DNA of 64,000 nucleotides, from positions 1,312,001 through 1,376,000 of the forward strand of contig OZ244587.1 in the NCBI GenBank assembly GCA_965218095.1, given 5' to 3'. The translations under genes were made by a program, and so were the position numbers. The DNA is from Candidatus Poribacteria bacterium (GTDB taxonomy: Bacteria; Poribacteria; WGA-4E; PCPOR2b). Position 1 is the stretch's first letter, and each line of letters opens with the position of its first letter. Below the pieces are notes generated by a model. That model was not told the origin of the DNA and made no database searches. It saw only the letters and a program-made list of their open reading frames with translations. Below, piece by piece: positions 21,210 through 31,900 of this stretch.

Positions 21210-22166
21210 ATGAATGCATTTGAAAGGGCGATCGCCAAATACAATGGAGAAGGATTACACGGTCTGGATATCGAAACAATCCAGGTGAACATCGGGCTCA
21301 AGTGTAATCTGGAGTGTGCCCACTGTCACGTAGTTTCTTCGCTGCGTCGGAAAGAAATGATGGATTGGGAAACAATGGAACACGTGATAGCTGCCGCGGA
21401 GAAGGCACAGGCGAAACTCGTGGATATTACAGGTGGGGCGCCAGAAATGCACCCGCTGTTTCGCCAGTTTGTAAGGACATTGCGGGAAAAAGGGTTCCTT
21501 GTTCTGGTGAGAACAAATCTCACGATTTTACTTGAACCGGGATTCGAGACAATGCCTGATTTCTTTCGGGAGCAAGCGGCCCAGCTTTGTGCATCTTTAC
21601 CCTGTTACCTGGAAGAAAATGTCGATAAACAACGCGGCACGGGCGTTTTTGAGGGAAGTATAAAAGCATTAAAGTTGCTCAACAACTGCGGATATGGGAT
21701 AGAACCCCATCTCCCCCTGAATCTTGTATACAACCCGGTCGGACCAACGCTTCCACCAGACCAATCTGAACTTGAGGAGGATTACAAACAGGAATTGAAA
21801 TCAAAATATGGAATCGAATTTACCCATCTGCTGACAGTCGCTAACATGCCTATCGGCCGATTTCGCAGTGACTTGAAACGAGCAGATCAGCTTGAAGTAT
21901 ATAACCAACTTCTCCGCGATTCGCTCAATTCAGCGACGTTGGATGGGCTGATGTGTCGTCACCAGATTAATATTGGGTGGGATGGGAAATTGTACGATTG
22001 TGATTTCAATTTAGCGCTCAAGCTGCCTGTGGAAAGGCATCTCCCGCAGCATATCAAGGATTTCGACCCTGACCTGTTTGCTCGCCGAAGATTGATGACA
22101 GGATTTCACTGTTTCGGATGCACAGCAGGGAGCGGGTCATCCTGCGGCGGTGCATTAGTCCAATGA
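21210..22166 (+). CDS. arsS: Arsenosugar biosynthesis radical SAM protein ArsS (DUF3641 family)
   Basis: CNLECAHCHV, DITGGAPE, SLPCY, LNLVYNP, LYDCDFN, HCFGCTAGSGSSCGGAL C-terminus. Confidence 0.88.
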   Translation: MNAFERAIAKYNGEGLHGLDIETIQVNIGLKCNLECAHCHVVSSLRRKEMMDWETMEHVIAAAEKAQAKLVDITGGAPEMHPLFRQFVRTLREKGFLVLVRTNLTILLEPGFETMPDFFREQAAQLCASLPCYLEENVDKQRGTGVFEGSIKALKLLNNCGYGIEPHLPLNLVYNPVGPTLPPDQSELEEDYKQELKSKYGIEFTHLLTVANMPIGRFRSDLKRADQLEVYNQLLRDSLNSATLDGLMCRHQINIGWDGKLYDCDFNLALKLPVERHLPQHIKDFDPDLFARRRLMTGFHCFGCTAGSGSSCGGALVQ

Positions 22167-22269
22167 ATTGAGGTCCCTTATGAAACACTGATCGGATCGG
22201 CGCCTCGTGATCTATTGATTGCCGATTCGCTCATTTTCAGAGCAGGTTTGTTAAGGATATTCAGGTCAG

Positions 22270-23091
22270 ATGGTATTATTACATTGTGAGAATTTAACGA
22301 TTGAAGGCGAATCGAGTTCAGCGGTGGCGACTTATCTGCGGGTGAAAGAACTGGATCTCATCTTTGACTTAGGTCGATGTCCGATGAGTTTCATCGGAAC
22401 AGAACACGTTTTCATCTCCCACTTCCATTTAGATCACTATTTTGGGATACCGATTTATGTCAGCCAGCGGTGTCTGAATGGCATGCCACCAGGGAACATC
22501 TATGTTCCGAAAGCGGGCGAAGATCAGTTACGAGAGATTATTGAACGGATTTCGTTGTTGGATTGTGGGAAAATGTGGGATTATCATCTCACACCGGTGC
22601 AAGCGGGCGATGAAATTTCATTTCGTGGTAATCTTGTTGCACACGTCCTACCGCTCGATCACCGTGTGCCAGCAGTAGGCTACCTCGTTTGTGAAAAACG
22701 GGACAAGCTCAAACCGGAGTTTTTCGGTTTGCCGGGAACGGAGATTGCTCAGTTGCGACGCACCGGCGTAGAAGTTACGAGCCGGGTTGAACTGCCGTTA
22801 ATCGCCTACCTGGGAGACACCCGCACTGTTCCGGTTGACGCTCACCTGCTACTCAACCAATGTCGGGTTCTGATCTGTGAGTGTACATTCCTATTTCCTG
22901 AACATCGGGAGCGAGCAGAGAAGACAATGCATTTACATCTTGATACCCTGCCGGCATTGCTAGAAGCGTTTGAGAGCGAACACATTGTCTTAACCCATTT
23001 CTCGCGGCGGTATACCCCTGAAACCATCACTCAACGGATTAATGCCGCGCTTTCACCAGAAAACCGATCGCGTGTTCAGTTGCTGATCTGA
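22270..23091 (+). CDS. MBL-fold metallohydrolase, RNase Z/ElaC-like
   Basis: SHFHLDH, HRVPAVGY, GDT, ECTF, THFSRRY. Confidence 0.8.
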   Translation: MVLLHCENLTIEGESSSAVATYLRVKELDLIFDLGRCPMSFIGTEHVFISHFHLDHYFGIPIYVSQRCLNGMPPGNIYVPKAGEDQLREIIERISLLDCGKMWDYHLTPVQAGDEISFRGNLVAHVLPLDHRVPAVGYLVCEKRDKLKPEFFGLPGTEIAQLRRTGVEVTSRVELPLIAYLGDTRTVPVDAHLLLNQCRVLICECTFLFPEHRERAEKTMHLHLDTLPALLEAFESEHIVLTHFSRRYTPETITQRINAALSPENRSRVQLLI

Positions 23092-23439
23092 GTGTAGAAG
23101 AAACGTAACATCTTATTTTGACTTTGTTAGATCTATACTTCCGCATTTTTCAGGGCGACATTTTAACACCTGTGAAGTGCCTTAAGTGAGCTAAAGTTGA
23201 GGGTTCGGCGCATCGAATGACAACATGACATTTCTTCAATTCCGCATGATAAGCGGACTTGCAGAAAGGGGCCGTCCCAAAAGTTGCCGCCAGACCCATT
23301 CCCAGAATGTAACAAAGTCATCTTAGACTCAGTGGCTAAAATAACCTCATTATCGCGTAGCCAAACCCCCGAAAATCGGGGTTAAATCGAGCTGATTAAA
23401 GCAAGCGATATGTCTCTACTTTCGACATTAGTAGAAAAT

Positions 23440-23472
23440 AAAAAAGCAGGGAATCTTCTTCCCTGCTTTTTT
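23440..23472. terminator. Bidirectional intrinsic terminator
   Basis: AAAAAAGCAGGGAA-tcttc-TTCCCTGCTTTTTT between convergent genes. Confidence 0.85.
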
Positions 23473-23500
23473 GCCGATTGATACCTAAATACATTGCCGT

Positions 23501-24892
23501 CTACATGCCACCAACTTGCGCCTTTTCGGCTTCAGCTTGTCGTCTCTTCGCATCAGGATTATCGTTTGGATCTTTATCGGAGGTCGCAGCTTCCTGCTCT
23601 TGATAAAACAGGGCGCCATCCCCATCCTGATCAAGTTCAAATTGACGGACAATCTGTTCAGCTTCACGGTAAAAATTTCCTTCTCTGCCTAGACTCATGT
23701 ACGCCTTGAAACCTCTGTAAGCTTCGCGAAACTCACGAATTGCGCGATAACAGACAGCTTGCTGATAAACCGCCTGATCTCGCCAAGTTGATTCGGGCGC
23801 GGCTTCAAACAGATCGTCAAACGCAGCAATTGCACGCTGATATTGTCCGTCTTTTTGATACAGGTTCCCTATCCAATACAGAGCGTCTGCGGCAGCAAAC
23901 TTTTTGTATGACATGTTTGTCGCTAGGCTTCGGTAAGCGGCAATTGCAAACGGATAGTTTTTCATCTGGACCCAACCCCCCGCAATACTCTGGAAATCCT
24001 GGGCGACGCGATCATCGTAACCGGCGACGTACCGATCACTCGGAGTTACTTTCCGACCGGCTTCCTCATATTGTAACGCTAACCTATTCGTAAACTTACG
24101 GATGTCATCCTGGTCTTGCGCAATCTCTCTCAGGATGTCCACCGACCTCTTCAGCAAGGTTGTCGCCTCAGAGGCTTCGTAAGACTCCGGAAACTTCTCA
24201 ACGACTTTGACAAATGCACCCCAACCGCCATTGTTGGAATAGTCATAGAGTTTATAGAAATAGATATTGCCGATCTGGAATTGCGCTTGGGGCGCCTTTT
24301 CATGTTCAGAAAACTGTTCGACCACTCTCTCGTAATGTTTAATTGCTTCTGGATAGTTCCCAAGCGCTTGGTAGGCTCTTGCAACGTCATACAACGCTTG
24401 CATAGCCATGTCCTGACTCTCCTCATCTTCAAGGAGACGACGGTTTTGATAAACACGCTTCTTCTCCTGGATGAGTTGACGATTTTGGCGGATATCAGCA
24501 ATACCACTCTTTGCTTTACCACCCAAGTAGCCGGTAGGGGCAACATCTACAATGGCTTGATAATGCTCGGTAGCCTGATCCCATTCGTAACGCTTTTTGT
24601 AGATTTCCGCCGATTGAAAATGTGACCACAGGGCATATTTCCCTGTCGGATTCTGCTCGATGATTCCGAGGTACCCTGCAAGTGCACCATCATACAATTT
24701 TTTCTGCTTGGCAAGATTCTGCTGTTCCTGTTCTTTGGTGTCTGTGCCAATTCGCATGCCTTCAGCAGCCTCAAATTTACGGTCTGCATTTTGTATCTTT
24801 ACACTTGATGGCATAATACTCGCGCAGCCGGTAATCATTGCAATCACGATTACAAGTGCAAAACAGTAGGAAAGACGTACAAAGCGATTCAT
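23501..24892 (-). CDS. TPR lipoprotein (BamD/CpoB-like repeats)
   Basis: AGGAGG SD; lipobox ITGC; repeats such as APQAQFQIG, ADALYWIG; C-terminal DQDGDG..E....SD..P.D.D acidic motif. Confidence 0.8.
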   Translation of the reverse strand: MNRFVRLSYCFALVIVIAMITGCASIMPSSVKIQNADRKFEAAEGMRIGTDTKEQEQQNLAKQKKLYDGALAGYLGIIEQNPTGKYALWSHFQSAEIYKKRYEWDQATEHYQAIVDVAPTGYLGGKAKSGIADIRQNRQLIQEKKRVYQNRRLLEDEESQDMAMQALYDVARAYQALGNYPEAIKHYERVVEQFSEHEKAPQAQFQIGNIYFYKLYDYSNNGGWGAFVKVVEKFPESYEASEATTLLKRSVDILREIAQDQDDIRKFTNRLALQYEEAGRKVTPSDRYVAGYDDRVAQDFQSIAGGWVQMKNYPFAIAAYRSLATNMSYKKFAAADALYWIGNLYQKDGQYQRAIAAFDDLFEAAPESTWRDQAVYQQAVCYRAIREFREAYRGFKAYMSLGREGNFYREAEQIVRQFELDQDGDGALFYQEQEAATSDKDPNDNPDAKRRQAEAEKAQVGGM

Positions 24893-24982
24893 CGTTATTC
24901 CTCCTAAATTAGAATCAGTGAATCGGGATCTTGGGAGGTTTGTGTATCCCCGTTGTAGATTGGGAACGCTTTGACCCTCCAA

Positions 24983-25146
24983 AATCTTGACTCAGCGAAT
25001 AACCGGTTCATCTCCCACCAAATCCGTCGGATTGAGCCGCAACTCGGGTCGAGTGGCGAAGCCGTATCGAGACCTGTATCGAAGCCAGGGACTTCTCAGA
25101 CCTCGCAAAACTGGATTTGGAAGGAGCCTTCTCAGCAGTTGAGATA
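24983..25146 (-). other. Structured element in ~300 nt leader (ncRNA candidate or REP/MITE)
   Basis: CCAAATCC/GGATTTGG and ATCTTGACT/AGTTGAGAT long-range complementarity enclosing a TCGATACGGCTTCGCCACTCGACC hairpin. Confidence 0.4.
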
Positions 25147-25200
25147 AAGGTAAAAATGGCTAATCCAACAAATTCAATATATTTGTATGGATGCTAATTC

Positions 25201-25229
25201 ATTATAATCGTTTTCCCAAAAATTGTCAA
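25201..25229 (-). promoter_or_regulatory. Perfect-consensus sigma70 promoter
   Basis: TTGACA-17 nt-TATAAT on the minus strand. Confidence 0.75.
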
Positions 25230-25310
25230 CAATCATTTTGTATTATTCACGTTCAAAATCAGTCAAGATTGCCGGCATTGCCTTATAATCACGGCCCACG
25301 CCAGAAAATT

Positions 25311-26210
25311 TTATTGACCTAACTGTGTCGTGAAGTTGATGAAGATCTCACCGGACTGATCGACCTGTGGCACATTCCTGGGCAAGTCATGGAATCGAAT
25401 TCTTTCGACGTACCGCCTGGCCTGCTCCTTTAGCCTGACCTCACCAACTGTTGTCCGTGATCCGGGCTTGATTCGCACTTCATACACGGTTCCGTCTGGT
25501 CTCACCTTGAAGCTGAGTTGGACGCCTCCCCCTTGTTTGCCTTTCGTCTGAATAAGTTTGCCTAAATGATACCCCCGCCCACTGACTTCACCGGAGATTT
25601 CAAACTCGAATCCAACACCGCTTGTAACGCGACTCTTCCCGGTGTTGATCACGCTTGCTGTAGATACGTTCCCTGTTAAGTTGTACCCGCGCTTCCCTCT
25701 GGGTTGCTGCCGCTTCCCCACATCGGGCACCCCTCGACGTCCCAAAGTTCCGTGATGTCCGGCCTGGTCAGCCAGCGGTTTCTCCCGAACCGTTGCATTC
25801 GTTGCCTCCAAATCATCGACCAGCGCCTGATTTCGCCCCTCGGAAGGGACTGCCCCTAATGACAGGCGATCAGGATTTTGATTGGTGGTGCGCGCCAGGG
25901 GGAGATTGGGTAAGCCGCCTGTAGATGCAGTAGGATTTAGATAGCGTTGAACATTATGGATGGAGTGAATCGGCGGTAACTCATCAGGTATTTGAGCCCG
26001 TCGAAGCCGAGCTGCGATAGGAATTTCTTCTTCGATTCTCTTCTGTTCTGGTTTGTTCGTGAGGATGTCCACAGTTATGGGCGTGTCATCCGGCTTCAAC
26101 ACTGGTTTTGTATAGGCTGCCACGGCTAACGCGAGGATAAAAATGAGATGCTCAACGATTGCGATCGCAAGAAAAGCACTGATTCTAACTTCGCCTCGTA
26201 CTCTCATCAA
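25311..26210 (-). CDS. TonB/TolA-like energy transducer
   Basis: N-terminal TM with His (IVEHLIFILALA), low-complexity linker, C-terminal GGVQLSFKVRPDGTV...QSGEIFINF TonB_C-like fold. Confidence 0.7.
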   Translation of the reverse strand: MMRVRGEVRISAFLAIAIVEHLIFILALAVAAYTKPVLKPDDTPITVDILTNKPEQKRIEEEIPIAARLRRAQIPDELPPIHSIHNVQRYLNPTASTGGLPNLPLARTTNQNPDRLSLGAVPSEGRNQALVDDLEATNATVREKPLADQAGHHGTLGRRGVPDVGKRQQPRGKRGYNLTGNVSTASVINTGKSRVTSGVGFEFEISGEVSGRGYHLGKLIQTKGKQGGGVQLSFKVRPDGTVYEVRIKPGSRTTVGEVRLKEQARRYVERIRFHDLPRNVPQVDQSGEIFINFTTQLGQ

Positions 26211-26911
26211 CCAGTCTCCTCTTTGATTAAGCTCCGAATATCTTCAAACTCCCCTTGGAACAACTTATATTCTTCCGCTGTAAGGAAACGAACCAAAGAC
26301 ATTCCATGTCTTTCTAGCTCCGTTAAAAAGCTTTGCGCTTTACTGCTAAAATAGTGATATGCAACATAGGTCGGTAAAGCGACAATTAAACCGGCGGCTG
26401 TCGTGATTAGGGCCTGGGAGATGCCATTGGCGATATTCATCGATTGCCCCACCTGTCCTTCCGGCTCATAGAGACTCCCAAATGAAATTATCATGCCGAG
26501 AAATGTGCCAAGTAAACCGGTGTATATTGCAATGGCGGAAAGCATTCCCAGGGTGCGGAGGTATCGCGTCAAAACAGGCTTTTCGACGTTCATGGTTAAA
26601 CGGATAACCCGTTTGAGCGTTTCTTCGTCGGCCTCCCGACGCTCGATGCCGGCGCGGAGGATGTTCGTCAACGGGCCAGGCTTCTTTTCACACATCTTGA
26701 TGGCGATATCGGGATTTCCCTGCACAAGCTCACGGTAGATGCTGCGGGTCACAAAGTGTGACGGGATAATTCGCTTGCGACGCAGATGATAAGTGCGTTC
26801 CAGAATAATTGTATGCGCCCAGATTGAATAGATGAGAATCGGGATGAGAATGAGTCCCCCTTTGCTCAACTGTTCTAATCCTGAAACGATCATTTCAATC
26901 AGATGGTTCAT
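26207..26911 (-). CDS. MotA/TolQ/ExbB proton channel protein
   Basis: GGLILIPI, GLLGTFLGMI.SF, GISQALITTAAGLIVALP. Confidence 0.92.
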   Translation of the reverse strand: MNHLIEMIVSGLEQLSKGGLILIPILIYSIWAHTIILERTYHLRRKRIIPSHFVTRSIYRELVQGNPDIAIKMCEKKPGPLTNILRAGIERREADEETLKRVIRLTMNVEKPVLTRYLRTLGMLSAIAIYTGLLGTFLGMIISFGSLYEPEGQVGQSMNIANGISQALITTAAGLIVALPTYVAYHYFSSKAQSFLTELERHGMSLVRFLTAEEYKLFQGEFEDIRSLIKEETG

Positions 26912-27118
26912 AGTGAATTCGCAAACCTCCGTCAAAAGTCATCACTCAAATCGCCTTTCCCCTTTGTCGGGCTAAAGGTCGAGCTGGTCCTTGTTGCGCT
27001 CAATTGGTCAACACCCAAGATACAATAAGGGCACTGTACGACAGCGAAGGGGAAATGACAGGAGACTTCTTCCTCACTGCTGCCGTCAGCATTCATGCAA
27101 GGGAACTGCTCCAAAGGC

Positions 27119-28906
27119 TTAAAATCTCAGTTCAATTCCAAAATCGAAGTTACCCTGCGATAGCTCATACCCTTGCAGCAAAAGATAATCACCGATAGCA
27201 AACGCCCCGCCAACAAAGGCATCAACATAGTTTCCAATAGTCTTACTCAGTTTCGGCTTTAACAGGAGGTAGCTTCCCAGCGTTTCATCAGTCGTCCCAT
27301 CCACATGCTTGGCGCCCTGAAATTCCGCGCCAAGTGTTACACGGAAATCCGTTGGGAGATGATATACCAGATCCAAATCTATCAGATCCGTCGGTCTGTA
27401 AGGAATCTGTTCACCCACCTCCGGCTTATGAACTTCATGGATGTACTGAAACCGGAGATCCAGTCGGTCAATGATGCGAGCGGAAAAATGAAGCTGCCCC
27501 CCATAAATTGACGCATCAATGTTCGTCGGTGTCCATGTTCGTTCCGCTCCGATTTCAGCAGAAGGTTTCACCCCCGTTTTATCAAAATGTTCCTCCTGCG
27601 AAGTTAAAACAGCGAGATCATCAATCCGCTTTGCAAAGCCCGACAGGTTCACCTCAAATTTCCCGCCCTGATGATACTTCAACAATATCCCCCCGTTCCA
27701 GGTCTTTTCTGGTCGAAGGAAAGGGTTCAGGCTGATGTAATCTGTGTCAAAGTAAAGCGATGACAAACCGGGTCTCGATGTTGTCCGCATTCCCTCAAGT
27801 TGAATTAACCAACGCTTATGAAGATTGGTCGTAAGTGCAAAGGACGGATTCAATTGTAATCGTGTTTTATCTTTACCGGCATCATCACGCTCACGGAGGC
27901 TCACCCCTTCCGCCTCTGTGCTGAGAACAAACGGACCAAATGAAGTGAACTGATCACGGACGTACAGCCGAAAGATCGTCGCCCAAATATCTCGATTGAA
28001 CCGCTCATCTGTTGCTGTTGCGGAGAAGTATTCGACGTGACCGCCGGTATGAATCGGGTTCAGGAAGGGCCACGAAATCACCATGTCGAAATTGAGGCGG
28101 AGATCTGTCGCCCCATCCTGCAGATCGAATTCACCGTGTTCAAGGCGAAGTAACGCCGTATCAAGGTTCAACGTTGACCACGTTGTTTCGGAAATCTGCT
28201 GCTTCCAATTCAGATCGGAACGAAAAAGTAACAAGTCCTTCTGGGGGTTTGGACTGCCCCCTTTAATCCCCTCAACTGGCGAAGGCAGCCACTCAAGGGT
28301 TTTAAGGTGCAGCCCAAGATCGAAGGAGATCTCGCTAAGTTCCTGATACTGATGACTTCCTCCGCCGCGAAAACCGTCAAGGTTATAGTCCCCCCGTTCT
28401 TTGGTACGCGCATCACGAAGTTGCCGCCGCTTCAAGTGAAGAAAACCGCGCATTTGCTCCAAATGCCCCGCGAAAAGCACCTGATAGAAAAGCGATGCCG
28501 GCAAGCTCGGATAGGCGGTGAGGTGAACAGTGTAGTTTTTGGGGGGAGGCGGTTCGGGTTTGACCGCTTTTTGCGGCGTGACAATGGGCGGCAGGTTCCA
28601 CAGGCGTTCCTTGGCATACAGCGCAATCGCGTGAACCAATTGGGGCGCTGACGGGTCGTTGAAACGGCTGCGCGGTTCAAGGACGATTCGGGTTGTGTCA
28701 ATAATTTCCGCGCGTATGACTTCCGGCAAATCTGCTTCGAGCTGCTCCCCCGATTGCTGCCGCGTTTGGGCGTGGGCTCGCGATAACCCGAAGCCCAGAA
28801 GGATGAGTAAAACGTAAAATATGAGGCATGAGACGTGAAACGTGAAACCCCGATGGATCGGGGCAGGCTGTGAAACGTAGATGAACCAATGAACGAATGA
28901 ACTCAT
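27119..28906 (-). CDS. Outer-membrane beta-barrel, TonB-dependent-receptor-like, apparently plug-less
   Basis: Signal peptide (AHAQ), alternating amphipathic strands, NPFLRPEK motif, C-terminal GIELRF. Confidence 0.7.
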   Translation of the reverse strand: MSSFVHWFIYVSQPAPIHRGFTFHVSCLIFYVLLILLGFGLSRAHAQTRQQSGEQLEADLPEVIRAEIIDTTRIVLEPRSRFNDPSAPQLVHAIALYAKERLWNLPPIVTPQKAVKPEPPPPKNYTVHLTAYPSLPASLFYQVLFAGHLEQMRGFLHLKRRQLRDARTKERGDYNLDGFRGGGSHQYQELSEISFDLGLHLKTLEWLPSPVEGIKGGSPNPQKDLLLFRSDLNWKQQISETTWSTLNLDTALLRLEHGEFDLQDGATDLRLNFDMVISWPFLNPIHTGGHVEYFSATATDERFNRDIWATIFRLYVRDQFTSFGPFVLSTEAEGVSLRERDDAGKDKTRLQLNPSFALTTNLHKRWLIQLEGMRTTSRPGLSSLYFDTDYISLNPFLRPEKTWNGGILLKYHQGGKFEVNLSGFAKRIDDLAVLTSQEEHFDKTGVKPSAEIGAERTWTPTNIDASIYGGQLHFSARIIDRLDLRFQYIHEVHKPEVGEQIPYRPTDLIDLDLVYHLPTDFRVTLGAEFQGAKHVDGTTDETLGSYLLLKPKLSKTIGNYVDAFVGGAFAIGDYLLLQGYELSQGNFDFGIELRF

Positions 28907-28952
28907 TTCCCCTTGTCTCACCCTTCCCTTCAACCCTTTTGCCCGAGTTTAC

Positions 28953-31900
28953 TTACTTAAAGAGCTGTTGAAGTTTGCTCTTCGCAACTTCGTGCAGCCG
29001 ATCCCATTTCTTCCGCTCCCCTGCATCCTCGATTTGTTGGACATTCGATTCATAAAACTTAATTGCGTTCTCATACTCATCCTTCGCCTGGTGGGTGTAT
29101 GCCGCTTGAGCTAAGGTGTCACCGGCCTTGGCAAAGGCATCAGCGGCGTAAACCGTTGCCTGGAGCGCCCTGAACGGATCATGGTCCTTGTACAGGATGC
29201 GGACACGCAAATACGTTGCACCGGCGTCATTATGCTTCCCCATGAGTGCTTGCGTTTCTGCCAAACGAATTACTCCGTCGATGACAACATCAACAGGGTA
29301 TCGCTCCGTGCCCTTCTCGCGAATGACATCGTAAGCCTTAATCGCCTCCGGGTATTTTTTCTGAGCGCGATAGGTATCACCCAAAGCCAGCTGTGCAAAC
29401 TCCGCCTGCTTTGAATCCGGGTGGTCGTCAAGAATTCGACGGTATACCTCAATAGCTTTGTCCCATTGGACGAGCTCTTGGTAGCACAAGCCTGCAAGTA
29501 TGAGCGCCCGGAGGACATCAGAACTTTTCGGATACTTCTCAGGAACTTCAAGGAGCGCCTTCACCGCGTTACCAAGGTTTCGGTTCGGATTATTTGTATC
29601 ATACCAGGCATAACCGATCTCATACGCTGCGGTGGGAGCAAATTCACTTCTGGGGTCAATCCGTTCAAACGCCGCAATCGCTTGTCGATAAGACCCTAAA
29701 GCAATGTAGCATTTACCGATATTGTACTGAGCCAGCCATGCGGATGGGGTATTGGGATACTGGTTAATCGCGTTCTGGAATTCAGCGATAGCACGTTTAT
29801 AGTCCTTATCCTCGTAATAGAAACGACCAATCTGGATCTGGACATCTGGCGTAAGCTCACGGTTAGGGTACTTCTGAATCAGTGTGCGATACATCTCTAT
29901 CGCTTTCTCTTTTTGACCTGAATTCTCGTATGCCGTTGCGATGCCGTGCTGAGCATCGTCCGCCCACTCGCTTTTTGGATGATGCTGGATGACCTTTTCG
30001 TAGGCGCGAATCGCTTCGGTGTAGTTTTGGAGGTTATAAAAGCTCTCGGCAATGTAGTATTGAGCTTCAGGACGGAGATCGACCACCTTTTCAGCGCCCG
30101 CCTCCCGAATAGGGTTGGGATATTTGTCAACGACCCTCTGATACTCTTTAATCGATTGTGCAAATTTACCCTGCTTAAAATAGGCGTTGGCGACGCCAAA
30201 AATGGCTTTAGGCACAAGCTGCGATCCAGGGTGTTTGTTAAGCATTTTATTGAAGGCTGTGATGGCTTCAGGATATTTCTCTTGTTTATAAAGCGTCCAC
30301 CCAATCTGATACCGCGCATTATCTTGCCAACTGCTGCCGGGATAGCCGGAGATAACCTGATCGAAAGCACCAATTCCATTGTCATAGTGCTTGAGGTTGA
30401 CATAAGCAATCCCGATATGGTATTGCGTCTTGTCTGCCAGATCGCCTTGTTGGTGATTCGCGAGAACTTCCTTCCAGGCTTTGACCGCCTCTCGGTAGTG
30501 CTTTTGCTGATCGGGGCTGTTCTTCGAGAGCGTTGCTTCAGAGAAATGGGTCCAACCGATTCCATAGCGGCATTTCTCCGCCCATGCTCCCCGTGGTTGC
30601 TCACTCAGCAAGGCTTGATATTTTCTACGAGCGGATTGAAAGACTTCCGAGGTTTGCTCGCTCCAATAAGTACTTTCGGCGATAAAGAATTTCGCCCGAT
30701 ATCGCAAACGGCTATTTGGAAAACCCTGAAGCAGTTGCTCACAGGTTTGGAGGGTTCCCGGATAATCTTCTAGCTCAAACCGGGCACGTGCCTTCCAAAA
30801 CAGTGCCTCATCAACAGGAGCGGTTTCCCGGTTAGCGTTACGGTTTTCTGCCAAGAAGCGATCAAAAGCCTGCGAACTTTTTTGATATGCTTTCTGGTTG
30901 AAATAAGCGAATCCAAGCTGGTAAAAGGCATAAGGTTTAAGTGAGCTGGCGGGGTGAGATTGCAGCAGTTCATTCAAAGCATCGATGGTTTGAGGATAGT
31001 CTTTCAATTCAAATGCGCTCGTTGCTTTCCCATAGAGCGCATCATCCCCATACGCTGATTTCGGTTTGACTTTCTTATAGTTGAGAATGGCTGAGTTAAA
31101 TTCGCGCTGCAAACGGAAGCATTCCCCCATACGAAAGCGCGCTGCGTCCGCGAGATCGGAGCGCCGGTTGTCTGCAACCACCTTGAATTCGACTCGCGCT
31201 TTTGCGTAATCTCCTTGCAGAAAATTCACCATAGCAATGCCGTATTGGGCATCATCGACAACTTCGCTTCGCGGATAGAGATTGACGACCTTTTGATATT
31301 CATGAATCGCTTCAGGATATTTCTTCTGCTCCAGCAGGACTTCGCCAATCCAATATTGCGCTTCCGCGGCGATGGGAGAGGTCCCATGCTGCCGCAGTAG
31401 AAGATCGAAAGCGTTCTTTGCCTCCTCCATGAGCTTTTGCTGAAAATAACACTCACCGAGCCTGAATTGCGCATCTATGGCAAATTGCTGATGCTGGCTG
31501 TCGTTCTGGTAGGCATTGATAACTTTCTGATAAGCGTCTTGCGCTTTCGCCCAATTGCCAAGATTGAACAAGGATTCGGCGGCACGGTAGAAAGCTTCTG
31601 GAACCGCGTAGTGGGTGGGATGGACTTCGACGAATTTGGTGAGTCCATCGTGAGCCGCTTGATATTTTTTTAGTCGGTAAAGGCTCCACCCCTTTGCATA
31701 CAGGGCGTCTGGCGCTTCGCTGGATTGGGGGTATTTCGTGAGGACCTGATCGTAGTATTCGCCGGATTTCTGGTAGAGTCCCAGGTTGTCGTAAGACTCG
31801 CCGATCAGATAAAGGCTGTGGGAGGTGACGCAGGCGTCATCTGACTGTTGAACTATTTTTTCGTAGGCTTTGATTGCTTCTTCATACCTGCCCTGATGGA

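Noticed and set aside
22125-22166. Selenocysteine in the ArsS C-terminal SSxGG motif
   Set aside because: The codon is TGC (Cys).
26932-27114. Small ORF between barrel and exbB as the missing ExbD
   Set aside because: No TM helix with the conserved Asp, and not ExbD-like.
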